Of a stretch of 62,988 nucleotides of DNA, positions 35,724-48,666 are shown piece after piece (positions within the stretch are counted from its first letter, which is position 1; each line of letters starts with the position of its first letter). The notes under the pieces are model-generated. The model was given only the letters and a program-made list of their open reading frames with translations, was not told the origin of the DNA and made no database searches. Location: the NCBI GenBank assembly GCA_038087875.1, contig JAXLNO010005625.1:744001-806988 (forward strand), written 5' to 3'. The position numbers and the translations under genes are program-made. The DNA is from Malacoraja senta. Taxonomy: Eukaryota.

Positions 35724-37626
35724 CTATCCATCCACGTGGCGGTGCGCCAGCAGGCTGGAGGAGCGGGCAAAGATCTTGCTGCAGAGCAGGCAGGTGAAGG
35801 GGCGCTGGCCGGTGTGGACTCGTCGGTGCTCCAGCAGGTGGTCAAGGCGGGTGAAACCCTTGCCACACTCAGCGCACACATGTCTCTATCCGGTGTGTAT
35901 CAACTGGTGCTCCCGCAGCCCCCGTGCTCTCTTGTCGCAGTGGGAGCAGCTGCTCGCCGGTGTGGGTCCGCCGGTGCTGCCGCAACCCCCGCGAGCTGTC
36001 AAACTCCTCACCGCAGTAAGGGCAGTTATAGGGCTGGCCACTGGTGTGCACGCACTGGTGAGACAGGGCGTGGGAGGCCATGGTAAAGCGCTCTCCACAC
36101 ACCGGGTTGGGGACGGGACGGTCGCGGTTGTGTACCCGCTGGTGGGACAGCAGTCTGGTGGAGCTGGCGAAGCCCTTGCCGCATTGGGCGCAGGTGTATG
36201 GGTGCTCGCTGGTGTGGGTGCGCTGGTGCCTCAGCAGGGTGGCGGAGAGGGTGAAACCCTTGCCGCAGTAGCTGCAGATGTAGGGACGCTCGCCGGTGTG
36301 GGTGCGCTGGTGCCTCAGCAGGGTGCCGGAGAGGGTGAAGCCCTTGCCGCAGTAGCTGCAGGTGTAGGGACGCTCGCCGGTGTGGGTGCGCTGGTGGGAC
36401 AGCAGGTGGCTGGAGCAGATGAAGCCCTTGCCGCAGTAGCTGCAGGTGTAGGGACGCTCGCCGGTGTGGGTGCGCTGGTGGGACCGCAGGCTGCTGGAGA
36501 GGGTGAAACCCTTGCCTCACTGGATGCAGGTGTAGGGGCGCTCACCGGTGTGGGTGCGCTGGTGGGACCACAGGCTGCTGGAGAGGGTGAAACCCTTGCC
36601 ACACTGGACGCAGGTGTAGGGGCGCTCGCCGGTGTGGGTGCGCTGGTGCCTCAGCAGGCTGCCGGAGAGGGTGAAACCCTTGCCGCACTGGGCGCAGGTG
36701 AAGGGGCGCTCGCCGGTGTGGGTGCGCTGGTGGGACAGCAGGTGGCTGGAGCAGATGAAGCCCTTGTCGCAGTAGCTGCAGGTGAAGGGGCGCTCACCGG
36801 TGTGGGTGCGCTGGTGTGACAGCAGGTGACTGGACTGGGTGAAGCCCTTGCCGCACTGGACGCAGTTGTAGGGGCGCTCGCCGGTGTGGGTGCGCTGGTG
36901 CCTCAGCAGGCCGCTGGAGCGGGTGAAACCCTTGCCACACTGGGCGCAGGTGTAGGGGCGCTCGCCAGTGTGGGTGCGCTGGTGGGACAGCAGGTAACTG
37001 GACTGGGTGAAGCCCTTGCCGCAGTAGCTGCAGGTGTAGGGGCGCTCGCCGGTGTGGGTGCGCTGGTGGGACAGCATGTTGCCGGAGAGGGTGAAACCCT
37101 TGCCGCACTGGACGCAGGTGTAGGGCCGCTCCCCGGTGTGTACACGCCTGTGCACCTTCAGGTCCAGCGACGACTTGAAGCCTTTGCCGCAGTCGGAGCA
37201 GGTGAAGGGCCGCTCACTGCTGTGCACCCGCCGGTGGCTCCTCAGCCCCGACAACTGGGCAAAGTTCTTGCCGCAGGTGCCGCAGCAATAGGGCTTCTCG
37301 CCAGTGTGAACCCGCTGGTGCATCTTCAGCTGTTTCGCCATCTTGAAGCTCTTGTCGCACTCCGAGCAGTTGAAGGGGCGTTCTCCCCGTGTGCACCCGC
37401 CGGTGGATCTCCTGCCGGCTCGGGCACCGCCAGGCCTTGCCACATACGTCACACTCATAACGCTTCTCCTTGTTGTGCCCCGTCATGTGGTCCCCCATCG
37501 AATCTCAGCCACTCGAAGCTCAGCCCACACCGAGCAGATGGGGGAAGGGGGCTCACCGGCACCCTGGCCGCCCTCAATGGCCGCTCACGTCCCCGTCTCT
37601 CCGTCCACAGCAACGGCTCCTAAACC
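35724..37626 (-). pseudogene. Poly-C2H2 zinc-finger gene exon (~20 finger units), disrupted
   Basis: TGERP(Y/F)xCxxCGKxF..L..HQRxH repeats; acceptor CTGCAG| at 37627; ATG at 37498; +1 frameshift near 37385; TGA in place of a Cys codon at 36517-36519; further frameshift near 35940; TAG at 35886-35888. Confidence 0.9.
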
Positions 37627-37726
37627 CTGCAGGAGGGGAACACAGAGGGTCAACAAGCTGGCAAACAGGACATTACTAGCATATATTGGGCGCATTTATG
37701 GCGGAGGAAACCGTTATATAATTCTG

Positions 37727-38040
37727 CGCGGCACAGGGGCGCAGCGGTACAGATGCTGCCTCACCGCCAGAGACCCGGGCTCGATCCTGACTACGGGTGC
37801 TGTCTGTGCAGAGTTTGCACATTCTCCCCTTGACCTGCGTGGGTTTTTACTCCGGGTACTCCAGTTTCCTCCAACATTTCAAAGACGTTCAGGGTTGTAA
37901 ATTAATCGGACTCCACAAAATTGTTAAATTGTCCCTGATGTGCGTAGGATAGTGCTAGTGTACGGGGTGATCGCTGGTCGGCGCAGAGTCCGTGGGCCGA
38001 AAGACCTGTTGCCGCACTGCATCTCTAAACTAAACTAAAC
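37727..38040 (+). mobile_element. tRNA-derived V-domain SINE
   Basis: Same family as 31743-32040; (CTAAA)n tail. Confidence 0.88.
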
Positions 38041-41000
38041 CAAAGAAGGGTCTCGACCCAAAATGTCACCCATTCCTTCTCTCCACAGATGCTGCCTGAC
38101 CCGCTGAGTTACTCCAGCACTTTGTGTCTATCTTCTCCACAGATGCTGCCTGACCCGCTGAATTACTCCAGCACTTTGTCATAGATTCACAGAGCGATAC
38201 AGCGTTGGAAAGAGGCCCTTTGGCCCAACTCGTACTTGCACTCCTAGATCCCTCGGCTCCACACATTCCCCCAGCGCCCTGCCATTCACAGTGAAGACCC
38301 TGCCCTGGTTTGACTTCCTAAACTGCAACACCCTCCCCACCCCCAAACAATGTGACCTCCTTCCTGTGGCTCCCTGCCCCTTACCCCTGCCGCCTCCTGT
38401 TCCTTACCCCCCTTTGCTCCCTCCCCCCTCCTCCCCACCCCCAAACAATGTGAACCCACCCCCACCTGGCTCCCTACCCCCTTCCTTGGCACACCTGACC
38501 CCTCTATCTCCCCCCTGTTCCCCTCCCCCCATTCATCCCCCTCGGCACCAAACCCACTCCCCCTTGAACCCCCCCCCCTCCCTTTGCTGCCTGTTTCCCC
38601 CCGCTACTCACTTCACCCCCTTTCCACCTCCAGCCTCTCANNNNNNNNNNNNNNNNNNNNNNNNNNNNNNNNNNNNNNNNNNNNNNNNNNNNNNNNNNNN
38701 NNNNNNNNNNNNNNNNNNNNNNNNNNNNNNNNNNNNNNNNNNNNNNNNNNNNNNNNNNNNNNNNNNNNNNNNNNNTCAGACTTTTATTAATACATTTTAG
38801 GTATGTACTTTTGTAGCAAACTTGACTACCTAGGCATTTACTTTTAATTTCTATTGCACTATTGCGGATGACACAAAGCTGGGTGGCAGTGTGAACTGTG
38901 AAGAGGATGTTAGGAGGTTGCAGGGTGACCTGGACAGGTTGAGTGAGTGGGCAGATGCATGGCAGATGCAGTATAATATAGATAAATGTGAGGTTATCCA
39001 CTCTGGCGGCAAAAACAAGGGGGCAGATTATTATCTCAATTGGGTTAGGTTAGGTAAGGGGGAGGTGCAGCGAGACCTGGGTGTCACTGAAAGTTGGCGT
39101 GCAGGTACAGCAGGCAGTGAAGAAAGCTAATGGAATGTTGGCCTTCATAACAAGAATTTCAGTATAGGAATAAAGAGGTTCTTCTGCAGTTGTATAGGTC
39201 TCTGGTGAGACCACATCTGGAGTATTGTGTACAGTTTTGGTTTCCTAATTTGAGGAAGGACATCCTTGTGATTGAGGCAGTGCAGCGTAGGTTCACGAGA
39301 TTGATCCCTGGTATGGCGGGACTGTCATATGAGGAAAGATTGAAAAGACTAGACTTGTATTCACTGGAGTTTAGAAGGATGAGGGGGTATCTTATGGAAA
39401 CATATAAAATTATAAAAGGACTGGACAAGCTAGATGCAGGAAAAATGTTCCCAATGTTGGGCGAGTCCAGAACCAGGGGCCACAGTCTTAGAATAAAGGG
39501 GAGGTCATTTAAGACTGAGGTGAGAAAAAAAGATTTCACCCAGAGAGTTGTGAATTTATGGAATTCCCTGCTACAGGGGGCAGTGGAGGCCAAATCACTG
39601 GATGGATTTAAGAGAGAGTTAGATAGAGCTCTTGGGGCTAGTGGAATCAAGGGATATGTGGAGAAAGCAGGCACGGGTTATTGATAGGGGACGATCAGCC
39701 ATGATCACAATGAATGGCGGTGCTGGCTCGAAGGGCCGAATGGCCTCCTCCTGCACCTATTTTCTATGGTTTCTATGCACATGATGTTTTTTTTGTCATA
39801 ATTTAGCCATTTAGCTCATACCTGTGGCCTTAGTTTAATACATTTTGGAGTAATGCTTTTACAATTTTTACTTAATTCAATGGAATTTTAATTTTGTCAT
39901 GGTCCTTTCTACCATTTTGTTTTCTTTTAGCATAATGAATTATGGTTTTTATTTCAAGAATAAACATTTAAAAAAAGCCGCAATAGCACAGATACAACCG
40001 TTAGACTCAAAACTTTATGGACATGGGTTTAAAAGGCAGCCTGAGGATTCATGTGGTTCTTATGAAATGGCAACTTGTGTAATGTCATCACAGCAGATTT
40101 AGAATTATTTTACCGAGGGGTCGGGATTCGGATGTTTTGGGAACGACTCCACAGCCGTTTATTCTGCTCCCCTGTGTGTTTAGAACATTATTTACCCCAG
40201 TTTTACCCCAGACCGGGTTTAATTTGCTCCCCTGTGTGTTTATAACAAGATTCAAGAGAGTTTATTGTCGTGTGCCCCAGATTGGACAATGAAATTCTTG
40301 CTTTGCTTCAGCACAAAAGAATGTAGACGGCATGAATACAGAACAGATCAGTGTGTCCATATACCATTGTATAAATATATAGACGCATGTATAAATAAAA
40401 CAGATAAAGTGGAAATAAACTTATAATGGGCTATTAATATTCAGAGTTTTGTTTGAGTTGAGTTCAGTATCTTGATGGCTGTGAGGCTGTTTGTGTATTT
40501 TGTTCCCCTATGTGTTTATAACATTATTTACCCCAGTTTTACCCCAGACCGGGTTTATTCCGCTCCCCTGTGTGTTTCTAATATTATTTACTGTATTATA
40601 ACATTATTTACCGTCACTGTATGTCATGTTGTTACTTGTGGGCGGAGCACCAAGGCAAATTCCTTGTATGTGAATACTTGGCCAATAAACGTACTTACTT
40701 TACACCAGTTTTACCTGGTTTATTCCACTCCCCTGTGTGTTTATAACATTATTTACCTCAGTTTTACCCCAGACCGGGTTTATTCCGCTCCCCTGTGTGT
40801 TTATATTATTTACCCCAGTTTTAGCGGGTTTATTCCACTCCCCTGTGTGTTTTTAACATTATTTACCTCAGTTTTACCCCAGACCGGGTTTATTCCGCTC
40901 CCCTGTGTGTTTATAACATTATTAACCCCAGATTTACCAGGTTTATTCCCCCAGATGTGCAGTTTATGTGATTTATTGATTTACAGAGAGGGGGTTTCCT

Positions 41001-43552
41001 GCGCTGCATCTCTAAACTAAACTAAGCCAAAGAATGGTCTAGAGCCAAAATGTCACCCATTCCTTCTCTCCACAGATGCTGCCTGACCCGCTGAGTTACT
41101 CCAGCACTTTGTGTCTATCTTCTCCACAGATGCTGCCTGACCCGCTGAATTACTCCAGCACTTTGTCATAGATTCACAGAGCGATACAGCGTTGGAAAGA
41201 GGCCCTTCGGCCCAACTCGTACTTGCACTCCTAGATCCCTCGGCTCCACACATTCCCCCAGCGCCCTGCCATTCACAGTGAAGACCCTGCCCTGGTTTGA
41301 CTTCCTAAACTGCAACACCCTCCACACCCCCAAACAATGTGACCTCCTTCCTGTGGCTCCCTGCCCCTTACCCCTGCCGCCTCCTGTTCCTTACCCCCCT
41401 TTGCTCCCTCCCCCCTCCTCCCCACCCCCAAACAATGTGAACCCACCCCCACCTGGCTCCCTACCCCCTTCCTTGGCACACCTGACCCCTCTATCTCCCC
41501 GCAGTTCCCTTCCCCCATTCATCCCCCTCGGCACCAAACCCACTCCCCCTTGAACCTTCCCCCCTCCCTTTGCTGCATGTTTCCCCCCGCTACTCACTTC
41601 ACCCACTTTCCACCTCCAGCCTCTCACTCCACTCCTCCCTCCACTTTCTCTCTCTCTCTCTGACAAGCAGTTCTGTTCCTCAGACTTTTATTAATACATT
41701 TTAGGTATGTACTTTTGTAGCAAACTTGACTACCTAGGCATTTACTTTTAATTTCTATTGCACTATTGCGAATGACACAAAGCTGGGTGGCAGTGTGAAC
41801 TGTGAAGAGGATGTTAGGAGGTTGCAGGGTGACCTGGACAGGTTGAGTGAGTGGGCAGATGCATGGCAGATGCAGTATAATATAGATAAATGTGAGGTTA
41901 TCCACTTTGGCGGCAAAAACAAGGGGGCAGATTATTATCTCAATGGGGTTAGGTTAGGTAAGGAGGTACAGCGAGACCTGGGCGTCCTTGTACACCGGTC
42001 ACTGAAAGTTGGCGTGCAGGTACAGCAGGCAGTGAAGTAAGCTAATGGAATGTTGGCCTTCATAACAAGAGGATTTCAGTATAGGAATAAAGAGGTTCTT
42101 CTGCAGTTGTATAGGTCTCCGGTGAGACCACATCTGGAGTATTGTGTACAGTTTTGGTCTCCTAATTTGAGGAAGGACACCCTTGTGATTGAGGCAGTGC
42201 AGCGTAGGTTCACGAGATTGATCCCTGGTATGGCGGGACTGTCATATGAGGAAAGATTGAAAAGACTAGGCTTGTATTCACTGGAGTTTAGAAGGATGAG
42301 GGGGTATCTTATGGAAACATATAAAATTATAAAAGGACTGGACAAGCTAGATGCAGGAAAAATGTTCCCAATGTTGGGCGAGTCCAGAACCAGGGGCCAC
42401 AGTCTTAGAATAAAGGGGAGGTCATTTAAGACTGAGGTGAGAAAAAAAGATTTCACCCAGAGAGTTGTGAATTTATGGAATTCCCTGCCACAGGGGGCAG
42501 TGGAGGCCAAATCACTGGATGGATTTAAGAGAGAGTTAGATAGAGCTCTTGGGGGCTAGTGGAATCAAGGGATATGTGGAGAAAGCAGGCACGGGTTATT
42601 GATAGGGGACGATCAGCCATGATCACAATGAATGGCGGTGCTGGCTCGAAGGGCCGAATGGCCTCCTCCTGCACCTATTTTCTATGGTTTCTATGCACAT
42701 GATGTTTTTTTTGTCATCATTTTGCCATTTAGCTCATACCTGTGGCCTTAGTTTAATACATTTTGGAGTAATGCTTTTACAATTTTTACTTAATTCAATG
42801 GAATTTATTCCGCTCCCCTGTGTGTTTATAACATTATTAACCCCAGATTTACCGGGTTTATTCCCCCAGACGTGCAGTTTATGTGGTGATTTATTTACAG
42901 AGAGGGGCGGGTTTCCTGCGCTGCATCTCTAAACTAAACTAAACCAAAGAAGGGTCTCGAGCCAAAATGTCACCCATTCCTTCTCTCCACAGATGCTGCC
43001 TGACCCGCTGAGTTACTCCAGCACTTTGTGTCTATCTTCTCCACAGATGCTGCCTGACCCGCTGAATTACTCCAGCACTTTGTCATAGATTCACAGAGTG
43101 ATACAGCGTTGGAAAGAGGCCCTTCGGCCCAACTCATACTTGCACTCCTAGATCCCTCGGCTCCACACATTCCCCCAGCGCCCCGCCATTCACAGTGAAG
43201 ACCCTGCCCTGGTTTGACTTCCTAAACTGCAACACCCTCCCCACCCCCAAACAATGTGACCTCCTTCCTGTGGGTCCCTGCCCCTTACCCCTGCCGCCTC
43301 CTACTCCTTACCCCCCTTTGTTCCCTCCCCCCTCCTCCACACCCCCTAACAATGTGAACCCACCCCCACCTGGCTCCCTACCCCCTTCCTTGGCTCACCT
43401 GACCCCTCTATCTCCCCCCAGTTCCCTGCCCCCCATTCATCCCCCCTCGGCACCAAACCCACTCCCCCTTGAATCCTCCCCCTCCCTTTGCTGCCTGTTT
43501 CCCCCCGCTACTCACTTCACCCCCTTTCCACCTCCACACACACACACACACA

Positions 43553-43583
<31 letters not shown>

Positions 43584-45768
43584 AGAAGCAATTCTGTTCC
43601 TCAGACTTTTATTAATACATTTTAGGTATGTACTTTTGTAGCAAACTTAACTACCTAGGCATTTACTTTTAATTTCTATTGCACTATTGCGGATGACACA
43701 AAGCTGGGTGGTAGTGTGAACTGTGAAGAGGATGTTAGGAGGTTTCAGGGTGACCTGGACAGGTTGAGTGAGTGGGCAGATGCGTGGCTGATGCAGTATA
43801 ATATAGATACATGTGAGGTTATCCACTTTGGCGGCAAAAACAAGGGGGCAGATTATTATCTCAATGGGGTTAGGTTAGGTAAGGGGAGGTGCAGCGAGAC
43901 CTGGGTGTCCTTGTACACCGGTCACTGAAAGTTGGCGTGCAGGTACAGCAGGCAGTGAAGAAAGCTAATGGAATGTTGGCCTTCATAACAAGAGGATTTC
44001 AGTATAGGAGTAAAGAGGTTCTTCTGCAGTTGTATAGGGCTCTGGTGAAACCACATCTGGAGTATTGTATACAGTTTTGGTCTCCTAATTTGAGGAAGGA
44101 CATCCTTGTGATTCAGGCAGTGCAGCGTAGGTTCACGAGATTGATCCCTGGGATGTCGGGACTGTCATATGAGGAAAGATTGAAAAGACTAGGCTTGTAT
44201 TCACTGGAGTTTAGAAGGATGAGGGGGTATCTTATGGAAACATATAAAATTATAAAAGAACTCGACAAGCTAGATGCAGGAAAAATGTTCCCAATGTTGG
44301 GCGAGTCCAGAACCAGGGGCCACAGTCTTAGAATAAAGGGGAGGTCATTTAAGACTGAGGTGAGAAAAAAAGTTTTCACCCAGAGAGTTGTGAATTTATG
44401 GAATTCCCTGACACAGAGGGCAGTGGAGGCCAAATCACTGGACGGATTTAAGAGAGAGTTAGATAGAGCTCTAGGGGGCTAGTGGTATCAAGGGACATGT
44501 GGAGAAGGCAGGCACGGGTTATTGATTGGGGATGATCAGCCATGATCACAATGAATGGCGGTGCTGGCTCGAAGGGCCGAATGGCCTCATCCTGCACCTA
44601 TTTTCTATGGTTTCTATGCACATGATGTTTTTTTTGTCATAATTTAGCCATTTAGCTCATACCTGTGGCCTTAGTTTAATACATTTTCGAGTAATGCTTT
44701 TATAATTTTTATTTAATTCAATGGAACTTTAATTTTGTCATGGTCCTTTCTACCATTTTGTTTTCTTTTAGCATAATGAATTATGGTTTTTATTTGAAGA
44801 ATAAACATTAAAAAAAAGCCACAATAGCACAGATACAACCGTTAGATTCAAAACTTTATGGACACGGGTTTAAAAGGCAGCCTGAGAATTCATGTGGTTC
44901 TTATGAAATGCCAACTTGTGTAATGTCATCACAGCAGATTTAGAATTATTTTACCGAGGGGTCGGGGTCGGATGTTTTGGGAACGACTCCACAGCCCAGT
45001 TTATTCCGCTCCCGTGTGTGGTTATAACATTATTTACCCCAGTTTTACCCCAGACCGGGTTTAATTTGCTCCCGTGTGTTTATAACATTATTTACCGCAG
45101 TTTTACCCCAGACTGGGTTTATTCAAGATTCAAGAGAGTTTATTGTCGTGTCCCAGATAGGACAATGAAATTCTTGCTTTGCTTCAGCACAAAAGAATAT
45201 AGACGGCATGAATACAGAACAGATCAGTGTGTCCATATACCATTGTATAAATATATACACACATGTATAAATAAAACAGATAAAGTGCAAATAAACTGAT
45301 AATGGGCTATTAATATTTAGAGTTTTGTTTGAGTTGAGTTCAATATCCTGATGGCTGTGAGGCTGTTTGTGTATTTTGTTCCCCTGTGTGTTTATAACAT
45401 TATTTACCCGAGTTTTACCCCAGACCGGGTTTATTCCGCTCCCCTGTGTGTTTCTAATATTATTTACTGTATTATAACATTATTTACTGTCACTGTATGT
45501 CATGTTGTTACTTGTGGGCGGAGCACCAAGGCAAATTCCTTGTATGTGAGTACTTGGCCAATAAACTTCCTTACTTTACCTCAGTTTTACCCCAGACTGG
45601 GTTTATTTTGTTCCCCTGTGTGTTTATAACATTATTTACCCCAGTTTTACTGGGTTTACTTTGTTCCCCTGTGTGTTTATAACATTATTTACCCCAGATT
45701 TACCAGGTTTATTCCCCCAGACGTGCAGTTTATGTGGTGATTTATTGATCATTTACAGAGAGGGGGGG
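38007..45768 (+). repeat. Tandem segmental triplication (units ~38007-40994, ~40995-42910, ~42911-45768)
   Basis: Each unit repeats SINE tail, PLE module, C-rich tract, CR1 3' end and AT-rich sequence; unit 2 has an internal deletion of ~1 kb. Confidence 0.92.
38641..38775. other. Assembly gap (135 N)
   Basis: N run; equivalent sequence is present in units 2 and 3. Confidence 1.
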
Positions 45769-46086
45769 TTGGGAGCCAGAGAGAGGGAGATGTTTATTTA
45801 TAATGTGTTTTATCTCAGGACGCTGCTCCAGACGGTGAGTTTATATAATTGACCCCAGTTTGACCAGTTTGATTCCCCCAGACGTGGTTTATGTGGAGAT
45901 TGCCCTCAGCTCTCTCTCTCTCCCACACACATGTCCACACACGTGACTGTACCGGCCTGTACCGGCCTGTACTGTACTGTACTGTATGTGGTCATTGACC
46001 TCACTCACCCACTCACTTCTCCCCCACGTGACCCGATCCCGCACAATCCGCTGCAGCCGCTGATCATCAGTTATTTATTTATTTAC

Positions 46087-46290
46087 CTCAAGTCCGTCGG
46101 CAGCGACGTCACCAACTGCCGCTTCTCCGCGCGCCGCCATTTTCATGCGGTTGACGTGGTGACTCGGCCTCGGGGGCGGGGGGGGGGGGGGGGGGCGGGA
46201 CCGGCGGGCGGGCGGCCATCTTGGTGAGGGCAGGTGAGGTCGCGGGCGGGGGCGGGGTTGGCGGTTGGAGACGTGGAGCGTGAACAAGAT
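46087..46290 (-). promoter_or_regulatory. Candidate first exon / CpG promoter of the zinc-finger gene
   Basis: CpG-rich; multiple YY1-like AAGATGGC motifs; short frame MKMAARGEAAVGDVAADGLE ending at GAG|GTAAAT (46087/46086); same strand as the ZF exon. Confidence 0.55.
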
Positions 46291-46619
46291 GAAGATGACC
46301 CGCCCTCCCCGCCCGCACTGCGCCGTGACGTTCGCCCTCCCTGCGCCGTGACGTCACCGGCGATCCGAGGGCGTGGCTTCAGCTGGCAGTGGCTCGATGG
46401 CGGTTTGTTTTCAAATGTGAAGGCCGACACAAAATGGCGGCGAATGTGATGATGCTGCTTCACACTGAAGGTAAAATGTTGCAGTCACTTAGTCATAGAG
46501 TGATAGAGAACATCTTGGTGAGGTCTGCATTCGGCGGCCATCTTGGTGAGGGCAGGTGAGGTCGGCAGCCGGCGGCCATCTTGGTGAAGGCAGGTAGGTC
46601 GGCGGTTGGCGGTTGGAGC

Positions 46620-46842
46620 TTTGTGCGGGTGGGTGAGGGTGGTTTCGGGTGGGTGAGGGTGGTTTCGGGTGGGTGATGGTGGTTTCGGGTGGGTGAGGGT
46701 GGTTTCGGGTGTGTGGGTGGTTGAGGGTGGGTGAGGGTGGTTTCGGGTGTGTGGGTGGTTGAGGGTGGTTGAGGGTGGGTGGGTGTGGGTGGTTGAGGGT
46801 GGGTGAGGGTGGTTTTGTGGGTGGTTTCTGGTGAGGGCGGTT
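46620..46842 (+). repeat. G-rich tandem repeat (GGGTGGGTGAGGGTGGTTTC-like), resuming at 47998-48131
   Basis: Directly visible; split by a CR1 insertion. Confidence 0.85.
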
Positions 46843-47997
46843 TCATAGAAACATAGACAATTGGTGCAGGAGTAGGCCATTCGGCCCTTCGAGCCAGCAC
46901 CGTCATTCAATGTGATCATGGCTGATCATCTGTTCGATGACGTTGAGCTTGGCGGTGGTAAGGCCTTCAACATTGAGCTGCAGTAGCGCTAAACCTCGAC
47001 AGTTGGCGGCATTTAACGGTGCCGCCTGGCCTGGGGAGGCATGGCTTTTAGCGGTCTGCAGACGTGGTAAAGACATTGGTTTCGCTTGTTGGGCTTATGA
47101 TCCTGTAAGCTACTCGTAGAGGAGGCCGCGTAGAGGCTGTCTTTGACCAGATGGTCAAGACGAGATGGAGAGACCAGTTGAAGTCAGCGGAAACATCTAG
47201 GCTACACCATTACATCGATGACCCCATGGACGTCCCTGGCCAGGACCTGCCCCGAAAGCAGTGGTCAACCCTCAACCGCTTGAGGACGCTATGGAGTAGT
47301 GATGAAGAGGTGGGGGCCTCGTGGACAGCGAGTGCCTCCTGCGAGTGTGGGGACCCAACACAGACAGTGGAGCACACATCGGCCACCGAATGGTGAACGA
47401 GGTCTGATTGACCTGGACGATGATACATTGGCCTGGCTCGCCTCAACAGAGCTGCAGGTCTAAAAGACACACGACAGAAGAGGATGGCTGATCATCCAAC
47501 TCAGTATCCTGTACCTGCCTTCTCTCCATATCCCCTGATCCCTTTAGCCACAAGGGCCACATCTAACTCCCTCTTAAATATAGCCAATGAACTGGCCTCA
47601 ACTACCTTCTGTGGCAGAGAATTCCACAGATTCACCACTCTCTGTGTGAAAAAAAAATGTTTTTCTCATCTCGGTCCTAAAAGACTTCCCGCTTATCCTT
47701 AAACTGTGACCCCTTGTTCTGGACTTCCCCAACATCGGGTTCAATCTTCCTGCATCTAGCCTGTCCAACCCCTGAAGAATTTTGTAAGTTTTTATAAGAT
47801 CCCCCCCTCAATCTTCTAAATTCCAGCGAGTACAAGCCGAGTCTATCCAGTCTTTCTTCATATGAAAGTTCTGACATCCCAGGAATCAGTCTGGTGAACC
47901 TTCTCTGTACTCCCTCTATGGCAAGAATGTCTTTCCTCAGATTAGGAGACAAAAACTGTACGCAATACTCCAGGTGTGGTCTCACCAAGACCCTGTA
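46843..47997 (-). mobile_element. CR1 LINE 3' end, interrupted by a nested LINE fragment
   Basis: [18 protein letters not shown], 3' UTR and TCTATG tail. Confidence 0.88.
46931..47483 (+). mobile_element. 5'-truncated Vingi/RTE-like LINE 3' end with a 13-bp TSD
   Basis: WSTLNRLRT..CECG.P.QTVEH; tail ACACACGACAGAAGAGG; TSD ATGGCTGATCATC at 46918-46930 and 47484-47496. Confidence 0.72.
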
Positions 47998-48666
47998 AGC
48001 GTGGGTGAGGGTGGTTTCGGGTGGGTGAGGGTGGTTTCGGGTGGGTGTGGGTGGTTTCCGGTGGGTGAGGGTGGGTGTGGTTGGTGAGGGTGGTTTTGAG
48101 TGGGTGAGGATGGTTTTGGGTGGGTGTGGGTAAAAAAATCACAAACCATACGTAAGTAAGTAAGTACATTTTATTTATATAGCATGTTTAAATCAACTCG
48201 CGTTGAAACCAAAGTGCTTTACATAAAAGAAATAATGACACAACACATTATAGAATTCAACATGAACTTCCCCCCACAACAGAATCAAAATGTTCCACTG
48301 TCCACGGCATCAAAAGGTTAAGTCCTCTTCCTCTGTGATCACCCAAATTACATTTTACTCAGATGCAAGCCAAGGAATGGCATAATTGTTAGCTGTTAAT
48401 TGGACATAATCAACCTCAGCAAATTGACAATATCCTATTGAAGGACAGTGGGTGTTTAAGCTGTCAGGACATTTTATTATTTGCCAAAATATACATCTCA
48501 ATAGCATAATGATAGAAAACTTTTCTACACATCACTCGTAAGTCTGGAGATTTCTTTAATGATAAATTTAGCTTCAGAAGCATTTCCTTTTTGCATGTAC
48601 AAACCCACTTCAGAACCATGGGCGATTTTAAAATTTTACAGCCAGATTTATCACTTCTGAAACTTT

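Noticed and set aside
35776-37623. Plus-strand ORFs of 347 aa and 265 aa
   Set aside because: They are antisense shadows of the zinc-finger repeats.
38291-43641. Three copies of a Pro-rich ORF (MKTLPWFDF...)
   Set aside because: They arise from C-rich low-complexity sequence in the triplicated unit, and their ends differ by frameshifts.
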